The notes under the pieces are model-generated. The model saw nothing but the letters and a program-made list of their open reading frames with translations. It did no database searches and was not told the DNA's origin. 64,000 nucleotides of DNA from Phyllosticta citribraziliensis (taxonomy: Eukaryota), in contig NW_027117345.1 in the NCBI RefSeq assembly GCF_038025025.1, positions 868,001 to 932,000 of the forward strand, read 5' to 3'. Position numbers and translations under genes: made by a program. Of the stretch, positions 48,425 through 61,367 are shown piece by piece; positions within the stretch are counted from its first letter, which is position 1; every line of letters starts with the position of its first letter.

Positions 48425-48816
48425 GACGGATAATGATGGAAGTGATGGCGAAGATCAAGATCACGGCTCTGAGAGTTGTCAGAGGGAGCAGCCGAGTGGT
48501 TCACGGCCTGATCCGGATTGTCGTTCAGCCCTGCACCTCCCGTCGCAAACAACCAGTCGATGAGGCAATTGGGTGCGATGAGATCATTGGCTTCGAGGTG
48601 TTGAGAGAGAGGCAGAGGGATGAGGACATGGGATGAAGAAGAGACGGTTTTATTGAAGCCCGGCGCGGGAGTGTCGTCTCGAGGTCGTCGCGAGGCAGTC
48701 GCGTCGCACGTGATGGCGGGAAATCTTCGGATTTCTCAAAGCCGTCCGTCGACGATGCCGCATCAGATCGCCCTAGGCAGGGACTTGAAAGCGCCGTCAT
48801 TGAAGACCACAACAAC

Positions 48817-49720
48817 ATGTTCTCCACCGCAAGACGGCGCTGCCTTCAAACGGCCAGCTCATGCGTACCCTCAAGCTCAACGCCGGCAACCTTCCAAACC
48901 TCGAGGATCGCGCTCTCGAGCGCCGCACCGAAAGCTTTCAGCACCTCAACACCATGCCGGTCAAAGATTGGACGCCAGCCCTTGTTTTTGCCGCCCGAAG
49001 TCCAATTTGAAATCACGCAACCCCCAAAGTCGAAGAGAGTCAAGATATCTGTCCGCGACGAGGCTGGCGTGACCATTCATGTCAAAGGACCGCTGGGGGA
49101 GCTGTCGTATACCGTTCCTTCGTTTGTGCAGGTTACGCGCGAGACTCCAACCAGTCCACCTTGTGTCACAGTCTTGGATGCCAATGAGAGATGCCAAAGG
49201 GAAATGTGGGGTACGTCAATCCATGAAGGACCGGAAATCACTTCTATTGCCATGTTGCCATCGAGCCAGCCTGGTTATACTTGAGAACATTGGACAATGC
49301 TGCGAACAGATTCACGTAGCTCAATGGCTTACACTCCACACTGCAGGCACTGTTCGCAAATATCTTCACAACATGGTCCTCGGCGTATCAGAAGGTCATA
49401 CTGCGATCCTCCGTCTCGTCGGTGTCGGATACCGTGCGTCCATTGAGGACTCTGCCACAACCGTGCCGACCGAATATCCTGGCCAGAAGTTTGTCAACCT
49501 CAAGGTCAACTACTCGCACCCTGTCGAAGTGGCGGTTCCGCTCGGCGTAAAAGCTAGCACCCCTCAACCTACTCGCATTCTGTTGGAAGGCCCGGATAAG
49601 GTGGCTGTCATGAGCTGTGCGGCAGAGATTCGGTCATGGAAGAAGCCGGAACCGTACAAGGGCAAGGGTATATTCGTCAATGACGAGACGATCAAGCTCA
49701 AGTCGAAGAAGATCAAATAA
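48817..49720 (+). CDS. MRPL6: Mitochondrial ribosomal protein uL6m. Exons 48817-49210, 49347-49720
   Basis: Presequence, SKIGRQP, VKGPLGEL, MWGTVRKYLHNMVLGVSEGH..LRLVGVGYRA and PEPYKGKGI. Confidence 0.95.
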
Positions 49721-49836
49721 ACATGGAAAAGAGCATGCAGAGGCTGCTCTGCAATTGCATTTTTGTTTTATACGGGTATACCTTGCTCTTTTTGGTCCGA
49801 CTCAGGAGACCATTTTGGCGTACAAAATTCTAAATT

Positions 49837-51090
49837 TCAACCAGCCTTTGCGGCAAGCACCTCCTTCACGACCTCCAAGACCTTGCCGTGCACAGCCTTG
49901 GGCGCGGCGACGACTCCGGAGTTGTCCCTCAAAGTGCGGCCAATGCTAAAGTCCAGTCTCTTGCCGTTGGCATCAGTGACCTGGCCGCCGGCCTCCCGAA
50001 CGATGATATCGCCTGCGGCGTGGTCCCAAATCTTCTCCTCGTAACCCTTCTTGACGGGCAGACGCAGGTAAATGTCGCCGGCGCCACGCGCGATCGAGGC
50101 GTACTTGGCCTGGGAGTCCATGCGGACACTCTCCTTGGTGATGCCCAACTTTTGAGCGATTTGTGCCTGGTCGCTGTGCGAAGAGTGGCCTGCCTCGACA
50201 CTCTCGCAGAAGGTGGCCTGCGAAATGTCCGAGATGGGCTTCATGGAGATGGGCCGGCTGGCGTGAAGGGCGCCCTCGGTCAATGGGCGAGAAGTGGCGC
50301 CTTGTCCTTCGACAGCGCTAAATAGCACACCCCGACCTTCACCGGTCTGGTCTCCTCCGATGCCAGCATCCAGAGGCGCAGAGTCATCGACAGGAAGGTT
50401 GGGGCAGCCCAGAACACCAACCTTGACCTCGCCATCCACCATCAGGGCCAGGCAGACTGCGTATTGACCTCCGCGGAGGAAGCCCTTGGTGCCATCAATG
50501 GGATCCAACGCCCAAATCCTGCCCTTGGAGCCACCAGCGCTGCGACCCAGGTCAATGGCATCGCACATGGCATCGGCACTCGTGATGGGACCACCAAGAA
50601 GCTTCTCCGATCCTTCATCAGCAAGCTTGCTCTTTTGGACCAAGTCCCAAATTTGCTCCCTCAGATTCGTATTCTCCCTGAGCTCCGCAGCTTCTTCTTC
50701 GCCGACAATCTCGTCGTTGGGGAAGTTGGCGTGGATGGCACTGATGATGAGTGCTTGCGCACCGAAGTCGCCAATGGTGACGGGCGACTTGTCGTCCTTG
50801 GAGACGGTTCCCTTGGCCTTCTCGTTGAAGACGCGCTTGGTGAGGAGGACGGCGCGCTGGACGGCCAGCTGGGCAACTTCGAGCTCTTTTTCGTAGGCCA
50901 TGGTGGTGACGTTGCGGTATCGGTTTAGCGTGGTGGACGCGGGAGTGGCTTTGGGGAGTTGAGGACCGAGTTGTCGGGCAAAGAGGGACAGACGCGCAGA
51001 AAAAGTGGTGAGGAGAGAGAACGCCAGGACTGCAGCAGATACAGCAATGATGAAAAGGGAGAGACGTGAAGAATAAAGAGGGCCCCTCAT
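49837..51090 (-). CDS. MET22: 3'(2'),5'-bisphosphate nucleotidase; alternative start at 50901
   Basis: KDDKSPVTIGDFGAQA, IVGEEEA, WALDPIDGTKGFLRGGQYAVCLAL, ESVEAGHS, RMDSQAKY and EKIWDHAAG. Confidence 0.95.
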   Translation of the reverse strand: MRGPLYSSRLSLFIIAVSAAVLAFSLLTTFSARLSLFARQLGPQLPKATPASTTLNRYRNVTTMAYEKELEVAQLAVQRAVLLTKRVFNEKAKGTVSKDDKSPVTIGDFGAQALIISAIHANFPNDEIVGEEEAAELRENTNLREQIWDLVQKSKLADEGSEKLLGGPITSADAMCDAIDLGRSAGGSKGRIWALDPIDGTKGFLRGGQYAVCLALMVDGEVKVGVLGCPNLPVDDSAPLDAGIGGDQTGEGRGVLFSAVEGQGATSRPLTEGALHASRPISMKPISDISQATFCESVEAGHSSHSDQAQIAQKLGITKESVRMDSQAKYASIARGAGDIYLRLPVKKGYEEKIWDHAAGDIIVREAGGQVTDANGKRLDFSIGRTLRDNSGVVAAPKAVHGKVLEVVKEVLAAKAG

Positions 51091-51469
51091 GTAATCTGTA
51101 CAGTGCCTGAGCTCTTGGTAGTGGGGCAGAAGTGCACTTGCAGGGTCGGGGGTCTTTTGTCAAAGTGAAGAAACGCCGCTGATCCCCCGAGCAACCATCG
51201 AGTAACGCGTACCATCTTCCTCCAACCATTCTCACCACTTCTCTCTGCAACCCGTTGGCCACTTTGATTTGTGCTGATCTCTGGAGCGAGAACCACCAGT
51301 CGCCCCAATCCCTGAATCCGCCCCCGTCGGCCTGCAGAGCGCTCTCCAACAACATCGGCCTGCCATCTAGAAACAATCGACGCCGCCGTGGTCACTCGTT
51401 AGCTCAGCTCAGACTCTCTCGCGCCCACCGTTGATCATATACGCCCTTGCCCCGCCCAGGGCACCCAGA

Positions 51470-52832
51470 ATGGCTGCACTCACCACCTCGAAGCGGAAGT
51501 TCCACAAGATCCTCGAAAACATCTCCGCCAGTGCCTCATCCACCTCGCTCCACCGCTCTCGCGACAAGAATGTGTCGACGGTCTCCCTCGCCGGCGGATT
51601 AAAGGAACCACCTTCGAAACGATCCCGGACCTCAATGGACAGTGTATCCGTCACGTCTGGCGATGCCGATCGCCCAGGCACGGCTGGTAGCACCAACTCT
51701 CGCATGGCCACGCCTGCATCGCAAGGGAGGTTATCCTTGGCGCAAAGAGCGAAGAGCGTGCGCCTGGTCGGCAAGAACCAGGACAAGGGGAAGCAGGCCC
51801 AGGAGCAAAAGAAGTCGCCGAATTACACGCCATGGAACCATGACGCCTTCGTCGAACGCCTCAAGACCTTCGCCGACGTGAAGCTTTGGTCACCCAAACC
51901 GGACAAGCTCAGTGAGGTGGAATGGGCAAAGAGGGGCTGGATTTGTGAGGGATTCAACACGGTGGCTTGCAAAGGAGGCTGTGAGAAGCGGATCGTGGTA
52001 AGACTGGAGGCCAAGAACAGCGGCGCAGAGGAAGAGGCGTTGGACCAAGAAGTTGATGAATCGCTTGTGGAGAGATATGCCGCACTCATTGTAGACGGGC
52101 ATGAGGAGGGATGTCTTTGGCGCCGGGGAGGCTGCAAAGGTCTGGTCCGTCCTCCACCACCACTGGTCGGCCTGCTAACAAACTCCAGGCGACATCTATC
52201 ATGTCCCAATGGCCAATTATGAGGACCATGTCAAGCCGGGCCTCATCGACCGACACAAGTCGCTGCTCAACGTTCGTTTCCAGCTGCCTCCACTCAAGAA
52301 TCTTCAATATCCTGGCAAAGAGCCCGAAAAGCTGGAAAAGGCCTTGCCGGAAGAGCTGACCCAACAACTTTCGTCCGAAAATTTTGAGACGGCTGCTCCA
52401 GACGACGGGACAGATCAAACCGATTTGGAAAAGCGACTTCAGCTCTTTGCTCTCTACGGCTGGTACGGAGAAGATCGAGGAAAGTACTCGATCGTATACT
52501 GCAAAGAGTGCCACCAGAGAACTGGTCTCTGGTTGTACACTGGCGACGACAAACTGGACCTTGTGGAAGCTCATAGAGTGCATTGTTCATGGCAAAATCC
52601 GGAATCGCAGGGCGGCGGTAAAGCTCTATGGCACCATCTCCAGGATCGCCTCATCACTCGTCTGCGACACGAGACTGAATCGATTGCGCCAACCGAAATT
52701 TCCACAGTCTCCACCCTCGATAACACCAGCGAGAGACCTGCCAGCTCGTTTGCTGACTCAGAAACTGCCGACAAGAACCGGCTTTCCAGACTGAAAAAAG
52801 CCATGAAAGGCTTCGGAAGAACGAAGAAGTGA
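51470..52832 (+). CDS. C3HC zinc-finger protein, Rsm1/Pml39/NIPA family. Exons 51470-52139, 52189-52832
   Basis: TSKRKFHKIL, YTPWNHDAFVERLKTF..WSPKP..WAKRGWIC..CKGGC..GHEEGCLW, and a second module ALYGW..CKECHQRTGLW..DLVEAHRVHCSW. Confidence 0.88.
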
Positions 52833-53466
52833 CCAGTGCTCAGGCAGGTCACTGGAGGCATCTTGACCGCTGATGATGGTCCATCAATCATGAGGCTGGA
52901 CTCGACTGGAACCTGAATTTGCTATGAAGGAGCAGGATTTCCTATTCCAATATCCATATTTAATTCCAAAGAATTCGACGTGCTCAAGACCACTCTGGGT
53001 CCTCCCGGGTACCAGCCAGAAACCAATTTCTTTTCATATTTCCTCATCTCTCTGGTTTTCCTCAATTCACTTGGAATCCGTAGGTGTGTTTGGACGACAA
53101 CACGAAGGATGTTCTTGAAAGAACCGGAACCATGCGTCTCTCGCCATGTCACGTGCCCAGCGACTTCTATACTCTAGCGGACGAACGAAGTCATGGAACT
53201 ATCACTTGTTACTACGCATTGAATGCGCAACCCCCTCTCCGGATCTGTTCCTGCGTTCCTGAAGGAAACCCGCATCAGGCAACAGATACGATATCGCATC
53301 CGCGCCACGTAGAGGCGTCGGTCTGCTGACAAAGCCATGTCCCTCACAGCAATGTCGCTCGTCCTCTCGATTCCCGGACCCCACTGCAACTTTCGACCCT
53401 AAACGACCATGCCAGGAAGACAAGCCTTCAGTTTGCCCGCCATATCGCCTGGACATCACTTCGGAC

Positions 53467-55335
53467 ATGTCTCAGCACGCCCAAGTCTATCGACACAAGC
53501 CCTTGCGCTCGACAGCGACCACGCGGCTTGTGTTGATCCAGCCTGCCGGTAGCACAACGGCGGGGATCGCCATTGAGCTGATAGAAGTATTTCCAAATGG
53601 TCCCACCAAATATGATGCGCTGTCGTATACCTGGGGCGACAACAAGCTGGAAAAGTCCGTCATGTGCAAGGGCCGACGATTATTTTTGACAAGCAACCTG
53701 CATCAGGCACTCAAGAGATTCCGGCATCCCACAGAGACAGTGACAATGTGGATTGACCAACTGTGTATCGACCAGGGCAATATTCTTGAGCGAAATCGGC
53801 AGGTCTCGTTCATGGGGCGCATCTTCAAATGTGCACAAAAGGTTGTGGTGTGGCTGGGCGAAGACATGCAGATTGAGTCAAACAGCGCCACCAGACTAGA
53901 CCTTAAACCGGGCTTGCGACTGGCAAAACAAATTCTGGATATGCTCCAAGATGAACCGGAACTCAAATTCGACTGGGAATGCATGATCGATCACCCGGGC
54001 GTCTTACCAAAAGCTGGAAGCAAGGCTTGGCAGGCACTTGCAGCAGTACTGCGTCGACCTTGGTTTATGAGAATGTGGGTGATTCAAGAGGTGGTTCTGT
54101 CTTCACAGATCGAGGTGGTCTGTGGCCGCTCAGTGTTTACTTGGGAAGAGATGGGCCAAATTGTTGGATATCTCGACTGCGAGGAGTACCAGAGCACTAC
54201 CGGCAACTCGTCCACTGTGGCCGAGTTACCTTTCACGAGAATCAACCGAATGAAGGAACAACACGGAAACGAGGAAATGCCCGATCTATTCGACCTCTTG
54301 ATGAGATGCCGACGTCAAACGTCATCGGACCCTCGAGACAAAATATTTGCTCTGCTGGAGCTGGGCCAGCACGAAATGGACCCAGACTACTCAAAGACTA
54401 CAAGGGATGTCTACACTGATTTTGCGTCTTTCGTAGTCCGAGATGCACAGCGGACGCGCAGTTGCTGCGACCATGCCCTCGGTGATCCGTACTACATGGG
54501 CTGCTGTAGCGGAGGATCAAAGGACCAGCAAAGATTCGAACGAATCACGACTATGCTACGCTGTGCAGGGTCAATCAATCAAGGCCAGGAGCTGCCAACT
54601 TGGGTTCCAGACTGGAGTGTCAATCTCAAGCTGCAGCCATTTGACTTTGGTGGCTGCCAGGAGCAAAGATCCCACGCGTATGCTCTTGGAGAACTCCGTG
54701 TCAGACATGACGCGAGTCTTTCTCTTCCGGGTAGGATATACGACACGATCAAAGCTGCGGGCTCCCTGCATCTCGACTTTAGAAACGTCCCAGACCCCAA
54801 AGCTGAGCGAGTATTGATAGCTCGGTGGTTTTCCGAGTGCGAGTCAATCGCTGCAGAGAACCACTTGCCCTATCCCACCAGCGGAAAGCCATCACATACA
54901 ATTCTGATGAAAATTCTGGACAAGAATGGCGTTATCGTAGAGAGTGTTTCTCAACCTCAATTGCCATGTGAACAATCCGACAAGCTCGGCCGACCATCTT
55001 CCACTCATGGGTACCACCGTCGGTCTTCAGGCAGTTTGATCGACGACCTCGCAAATCCTCCATGGATTCTACCCGTGAGCCATTACGAGTCCAAGATGGG
55101 AGTCGCTTTAGGGCGAGTCCTCTTCACAACCACATGCGGTTGGATGGGGCTTGCCCCTTTCGGGACTAGGGAGGGAGATGTCATCTTCGTCATGTTGGGC
55201 TGCAACATTCCTTTTGTTCTCAGACCAACCAAGGGCGGATTCGCGCTGATTGGAGAGTGCTACACGTACGGAATCATGGGAGAGCAAGACAATTTCGGCC
55301 AGGACATCGCTGTGCAAGACGTCGTCATCATTTGA
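53467..55335 (+). CDS. Heterokaryon incompatibility (HET-domain, HET-6-like) protein
   Basis: YDALSYTWG, NLHQAL, WIDQLCIDQ..ERNRQV..MGRIF..AQKVVVWLG, PWFMRMWVIQE, DPRDKIFALL, LPTWVPDW and GDVIFVMLGCNIPFVLRP..LIGECY. Confidence 0.92.
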   Translation: MSQHAQVYRHKPLRSTATTRLVLIQPAGSTTAGIAIELIEVFPNGPTKYDALSYTWGDNKLEKSVMCKGRRLFLTSNLHQALKRFRHPTETVTMWIDQLCIDQGNILERNRQVSFMGRIFKCAQKVVVWLGEDMQIESNSATRLDLKPGLRLAKQILDMLQDEPELKFDWECMIDHPGVLPKAGSKAWQALAAVLRRPWFMRMWVIQEVVLSSQIEVVCGRSVFTWEEMGQIVGYLDCEEYQSTTGNSSTVAELPFTRINRMKEQHGNEEMPDLFDLLMRCRRQTSSDPRDKIFALLELGQHEMDPDYSKTTRDVYTDFASFVVRDAQRTRSCCDHALGDPYYMGCCSGGSKDQQRFERITTMLRCAGSINQGQELPTWVPDWSVNLKLQPFDFGGCQEQRSHAYALGELRVRHDASLSLPGRIYDTIKAAGSLHLDFRNVPDPKAERVLIARWFSECESIAAENHLPYPTSGKPSHTILMKILDKNGVIVESVSQPQLPCEQSDKLGRPSSTHGYHRRSSGSLIDDLANPPWILPVSHYESKMGVALGRVLFTTTCGWMGLAPFGTREGDVIFVMLGCNIPFVLRPTKGGFALIGECYTYGIMGEQDNFGQDIAVQDVVII

Positions 55336-58300
55336 AGACCTTTTGCTATTTTCGGAACCCGGAACTTCTATCGAACGACTACGCCGCACAGCGCATCTGT
55401 GAAATTTCGGCCGGGGTCCTACTCAACCCCTAGAACATCATCATGCAAGGGTCAAGGTCATGGTCTGAGCTGGACTGGTTCGTCCCACGCCTGGCGTTTC
55501 TAGCATATCTGCGAACCTGGAAATTTCTCCTTCAGCTGCAGGGTCCGATCAGGACCAATTGTGCTCAAGGATCTGCAAGCACCCGGGTTATGTCATGCAT
55601 CGTCTTCGGGGCACGTTACCGCAGACATGCACAACAGAAATCAGACAGAATGATCTCGCGCTTTGAAGCAACAGAGTTGCAATTCCGGGCCCGCTCTTGC
55701 CCGAGAGAACAGACCAGCTTGGCCTAGGGGCTTTCGCGGTCTGGCTTGTTTGGTTGAGATTACAGGTCCCGGTTGTTGAAGGCGGTCTACAACTCCACAT
55801 GACGAGATGTTACTGCACGAAATACAGACGCGATTGGCGCAATTTGAACCTCGACCCAAGTCGCTCAGATCACAATCTCGTCAAACGTTCGACTCGACAT
55901 GATGAGATGGTCAAAGTTAGCATATCTGAAGTACAATTTCACATCTGGACGTATTGATTTCCTTTTTCCAAACAAAAGGTACTTTCGCGTCTGTGGGATT
56001 GATTTTTCCTACCGCGGCCCGTGGGGATAATCCTGTCGTACATAAAGTTGACAGACGGCATGCACGCCCGGAAAGCGTCTCCGCAAAAGAGCGGCACGGC
56101 AATTGAACGGGCTTTGCCGCCGCAACCAACCAACCACGCCTGCAGCGTCGCCAGCGGAGCAGCTTGTGGGTGAGTAGCGTCACGTTTGTTATGCGCCAAC
56201 GCAGGAGCATTATTAGGATCGCGCGCTACGCTCGGCTTTTTTGGGCAACGCTCGAGCCCTCTAACAGACATTCAAGCGCCATTCATCGGTTTGGCTGGGA
56301 TTGATCATTGATAGCTGCCGCCATTGTATCTTCTTTCCTATCAGTCAACTTTCGCGGCATCGAGAGTCGGTGAAATGACTAGCCAGCCAACAGAACCAAG
56401 AATGGGAGGAGAGGTCCAATTCGCCAGAGAGCGGGTCTGGAGGCTCAGCAGTGACGTTCGACGGAACGGACGGTTGACAGATCATTTTTCTCACGTGTCT
56501 ATCCTCGCTTGTTGTTAGGCTGATTTCTGGACGCAACGTCGAGTCATTCCGCAGCAGCACGGGAAGAGGAGTTGGCTTCAAAATACTACCGTCTTTTGCG
56601 GTGCAGCAAATTCCCTTTCAATGACTGGGGTCATGGTGCTACTGGTCGCCTGTGACAGCGACGACACACCATCACGAGTATCACTTTTTCTGCGTTCCCC
56701 CCTGGTCTTGTGTCCTGCCTTGCATGCCGCCTCTTGGCCGCAGAGCAATGAAGCGCGCAGGCAGAAGACTGCCGCTTCAACAATTGCCAATTGCTGGTCA
56801 ACAGAGCTGGGGACAACATATTAAGGCCAGCAGTCTGGAATTGTCGACAATTGGTTTGAGACTGGCTCTCTGCATACCGCCGCCTAATATCAATCCACGT
56901 ACCTCATCATTCACCGCCACGAGGTTTTCGTATGTGCTCTGCTTTCCATCGTCCATACAACGTGGAGCCCCAAACTCTATTGCGCGCTTGTGCTACTTTT
57001 GGCGTCAATGGGGAACCTTGCGAGGCTCTTGACCGGCGGCACCATCAGGCTATGCGGGGGCCTTCTGGCGAGCAATCGGTGAGGATTGTCTTTGCATCTC
57101 TCATGCATGCTGGTGAAACAGATCCAAGGAGTGGGGCTCGTTGCCAACTGCATGGCGGCGGGACGATATGGCCCCTCTTCACTGCTAGCAGTGGAGCAAG
57201 TTGAGATGACGGGGCAGTGGAGCTTTGAAATGAGACGGCATTGGCAGCGAGCAAGCTAAAGAAGCGGAGAAGTCCAGCGGACGAGAGCTTGATGGAGCAA
57301 ACTCGTCCACGCGGTCATTGATGTGGCGTCATACTACGCCTAGTTTGAATCAGCATCCGTCACTTGTCACTTTGTGCACTGCGGAAGTAAACGGCTTTCC
57401 AGGATCATCCGCTTTCCGATTTGGGAGCGGTGTCGAATTCGGCTCGTCCTTATGTGTGTGGCACCCTTTACACAGGATACAGATGTAAGGCGTGACATTT
57501 GAAAGGAGACTGAGGGAGGAAGCAGGGAACACTTGAACGGAGAGGACATGAAGCGCTCATTGGCCTGACCAACAGCAGGCAGCCCTTTCTCACTCTGCAT
57601 GGCTGGTCCGCGTTTGACGCCTTGAACTATGAAATTGAATGAGAGGACTGTTGCGTCACGCATCGAACAGGACCGAAGACTCAACTGTTCCTCTCAACTT
57701 CGGCTTCCACAACTCATCCCCCGCTAAGCGCGAGCCACACGACGCAACGAGCACACCATGAGCCATGCACGATTATTCAACGACACGTCCTCACCACTCA
57801 CCACACGAAGCCTGATGATCGTACGGGCCCCCCAGCCTCGAGAACAACACATCGTTCAGCACTTTTCTAAGCCTTCATTCTGCAGGCCTGTAAAATGACC
57901 TCAAGGTATATTTCTCAATATGATATTTGTCAAGACGACCAGAATCCATGCTCGGCTTACCATGAAGGACCTTGCGCGCGCCAACCCGTCCCAGCCTGCT
58001 TGCCGCTCGTGGTTGTCCCCCTACCGGTGCATTAGGCCTGCAGGTCAAGCGCAGCCACTGGCCGCGATCCCTCAGCGCCATTGGTGACAGCGGTCCCGAG
58101 CAGCAATTGAATGGCCCGCGCCGGCCTATCGGCGCCGCCGTCTTTCGAAACTGCCTCGAGCTTTTGCTCCCCCATTCCGACCTAGCCCGCCGCGGCCCAA
58201 GACCGTGACCAGAGCCCTACTGCCTACTCGACCCTACAAGCACCCTCCTACCCCTCCCCCCTACCTCCTTCTCTCCTCGTGTCTGGCCCTCCCTCAACCT

Positions 58301-61300
58301 GGCACTACTACTACTGTGGCATGCTCCTAGACGCCCCTCCCCAGGCTAGCCTTGACTGTTGGATTGCACGAGGGTTTCTGACCCACCCTGTCCGCACATC
58401 GTCCCTCTTGCACCACCTCTGCCTACCCGTTTCTCACGCCTTCCTGACGCATTGTTTCCCATCCACTCGCACAATACATCCGCTAGACTGCTCACTGGGC
58501 AAGTCGCAAGGAAGATCATCATGAGGCGGGTCACAGATCCGGGATCGTGTTCATGCTGCCGCTTTGATTGACTGGTTATGACGACAGCAAGGCTGAGGGC
58601 TAATCAAGCAAGGCAGGAGGGCAGCACCGACTTGAGATCAAGCGCCGTCCAGGTAATGCGAGGCCGGGCGATCAAGGGGGCAAAATGAGACCGAGAAAAA
58701 GAAAAGTGCTTACATTGTGAGAGTAGCCGCCCAAGGCTCAGAACGCTCGACAAGACATGGAGTTTGGGCCAAACATGGCAAAAAACATCAAAGGAGTGAC
58801 CGAGGCGGGAGCAGGAGCCCGGGCGGGCACGCGCATCGCCGCTCCCGCGCCGCGCCCATACCAGCGACAGCAGCATCAGCAGCAGACGGGTTACCCACTT
58901 GCCCACAGGACCCAACCCCACCCCAGAAGCGCGAACCAGCATGCAAACAGGCAGACAGGCTCCACTGCCAGCCAGGTCCAGAGCAGGCACTGCAATACTC
59001 GCACAGGTCGGAAATCCCGTGCCTCGAACACGGTGTGCGCGAGCGCTCCGAGGCCCGCTTCGCCCGTGGCTCGCCGCCAAACCCAGCATCCAATGTTTCT
59101 CACATGACCGTCGAGACCAAACGCGCCTGCATGTAGTAAAATTCAACGTCGGCCGATGGCCTCTGGATGACGCCCGGCCAGCCTGGCGCCCTGCACCATG
59201 CCCGAGCAAAAGGAAATCTCGCTTTGTGCAGTACAGAGGACCGCATTCTTTACTTTTCTACTTTCCTTTTAGGAGAAGCGCCGCTCGCCGCGTCGCCTGC
59301 AGCCGGTGCTGATGCGGCGGCTGCCGGGGCCTTTGTGCACAAGCCCGCCGTTGATTGGTGGTGTACGCTTGGAAAAACGCAGATATGTCCATGACTGATT
59401 TCAGGATGCCCGACCCGTATTGAAAGACGTGTCGAAAAACTTTCTTCCTTCTTCCGCTTCCCAAGAAAAAAAAACCCCCCCCCAAGGAAATTGTTCCGCT
59501 GTAGACTCGTTTTGTAGGGAGGTCGCGGTGGTGGGATTGTTGTACATGGCAGAAAACAAGCGAGCCGAGGCGAGACGTCAACCTCATCTCACGAACCCTC
59601 CCAAACTGACGCATCAACAATGAATGATTTTTGCCCCATTGCCTACCCATTCCCCGAGTATTAGCAGGCACGGAGTGGAAGGACTGCATTGTCAGCAGTC
59701 AATACATCCACGGATATTGTTAGCCTGTTCAATCGGGGGAAGGGCTTGAGACCTGGTTCCATAGAAAGCGTGATAATGACAACCGCAATGCATGTAGCTC
59801 GCCACCTCCAACCTCATCACCGGCGCTGTGTCCGGACACGAAAGGTGTGCGTCCACGCGGGGTAGCCGGCAACTCTGGTCACCTCAGAGGTGCGGATCGT
59901 CCGTGTCAGGAAAGTGTCTGGTGAAGTCCGAAAGGCAGGTCATCCTAGCCACGCAAACGCTGCAGGATGCAGAGCGGAGAACCAGGCTGAACCTTCTGCA
60001 CAGAGAATTTTTGAAGAGATGGATACCCCCGGAAGGCAGCCACCCTAGAATTCAACCAAGAAGCGTTCGCCACGTCACAGAGGATCTCCGACGGGGCATA
60101 TTTCGGTCCTCCCTAGCGTTCCCTCCAACCCAAATGATTGCTTCGATATGCGATTACGGCCGATTTACCGCATAAGTCTCGCGCCAGCTCGTTACCTAGC
60201 CTTCGAATGCCTGTCAGCATGCATGCTCTGACCTGCCCAGCTATGCGTCCCGCACACTCAATGCAAGCCGAGGAGCGGGAAGACGGTCAGCTGAGGAAAA
60301 ATGGCACCAGCCGGCAATGCACCATGCATGGTTCGTGTCAATGAGCCTTGAGCGTGGTGCGTGCTATGATCGGCCGGTGTATCCCCAAAGGGCTCTTGCA
60401 GGAGGGCGAGATAAGGTGACTGGCTAACGATGCCTGCTTCCGGTGCTCAGTGGGTATGGGACAACGTATGTTGCCAAGCATAATTCTTGCTCGCATAGAT
60501 GGAAGCACGGAGGGGGCGATTGGAGCCACCGGACGGGGCTGGGCCCTCTGTGAGCCGATTAGCTAGTGTGACGTGGAATATCCGACGTTGGCTTGATTTC
60601 GGAAAGTGCTTCGTAATGTCTTCGCCAGGGCCGAGAGGCAAGGACGACTAGGTTGGAAGGGCGAGGTGCTTCGAGCCGAGAGCCACCGGCACAGTTGAGA
60701 ACCGGTGTTGACCAATGCTCTTGGGAAATTTCCAAGGCCCTCTAGATGCCCACTTCTGGATTCCTTGAAGTCAAGCGTGGCGTCTCCGTTGTCAGGTAAT
60801 CCCGTGTCTCGCGCTAGGCAAATGGGGCAGACCATTGCGGAACCATTGGCCAATCACTGACCCAGCCGATGGGGCAGTGGACGGGAACCAGCGAATAATT
60901 CGACATGAGCTGTCGGACACGTGACCGCCATTCGGCGTACGCATCTCAACCTTCTCCGGTATCAATGTGATAGACTTCGACCGCCGGCATCAGGACCACC
61001 GCAACGTGTCCAACAGACCGCCATTAGACAAGGTCCGTGAGGCATTTTGTCCTCAGAAGGATATGTTAAGCGGAAACAAAAGCCACAACGCCGATGATCT
61101 CCAGAAAATGCGAAAAGAGTTTGCATTTCTGGGACGCCCGGCGCAGCCCAGGGTTTCATTGCATCCGGCCTCCATGGATCCCTTAGCGGCTTCTGGCGTG
61201 TTCCGTGAATCGTGGCAAGCTCGTTGGCCGTTGACAAGTGGGGTACGAAAATCCAGTGACCATGGGAAGCGGACGGGAGCGGATGTCCCCTTGAGCCTGG

Positions 61301-61358
61301 AGGCAAATGGACATGGTGTGATGGAGCGGATTGGGACGTCCTCGTCCTGTCGTCGAAG

Positions 61359-61367
61359 TATAAAAAG
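61359..61367 (+). promoter_or_regulatory. TATA box of the small Cys-rich protein gene
   Basis: TATAAAAAG followed by a CA/CT-rich leader containing two introns (61538-61591, 61650-61710). Confidence 0.65.
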
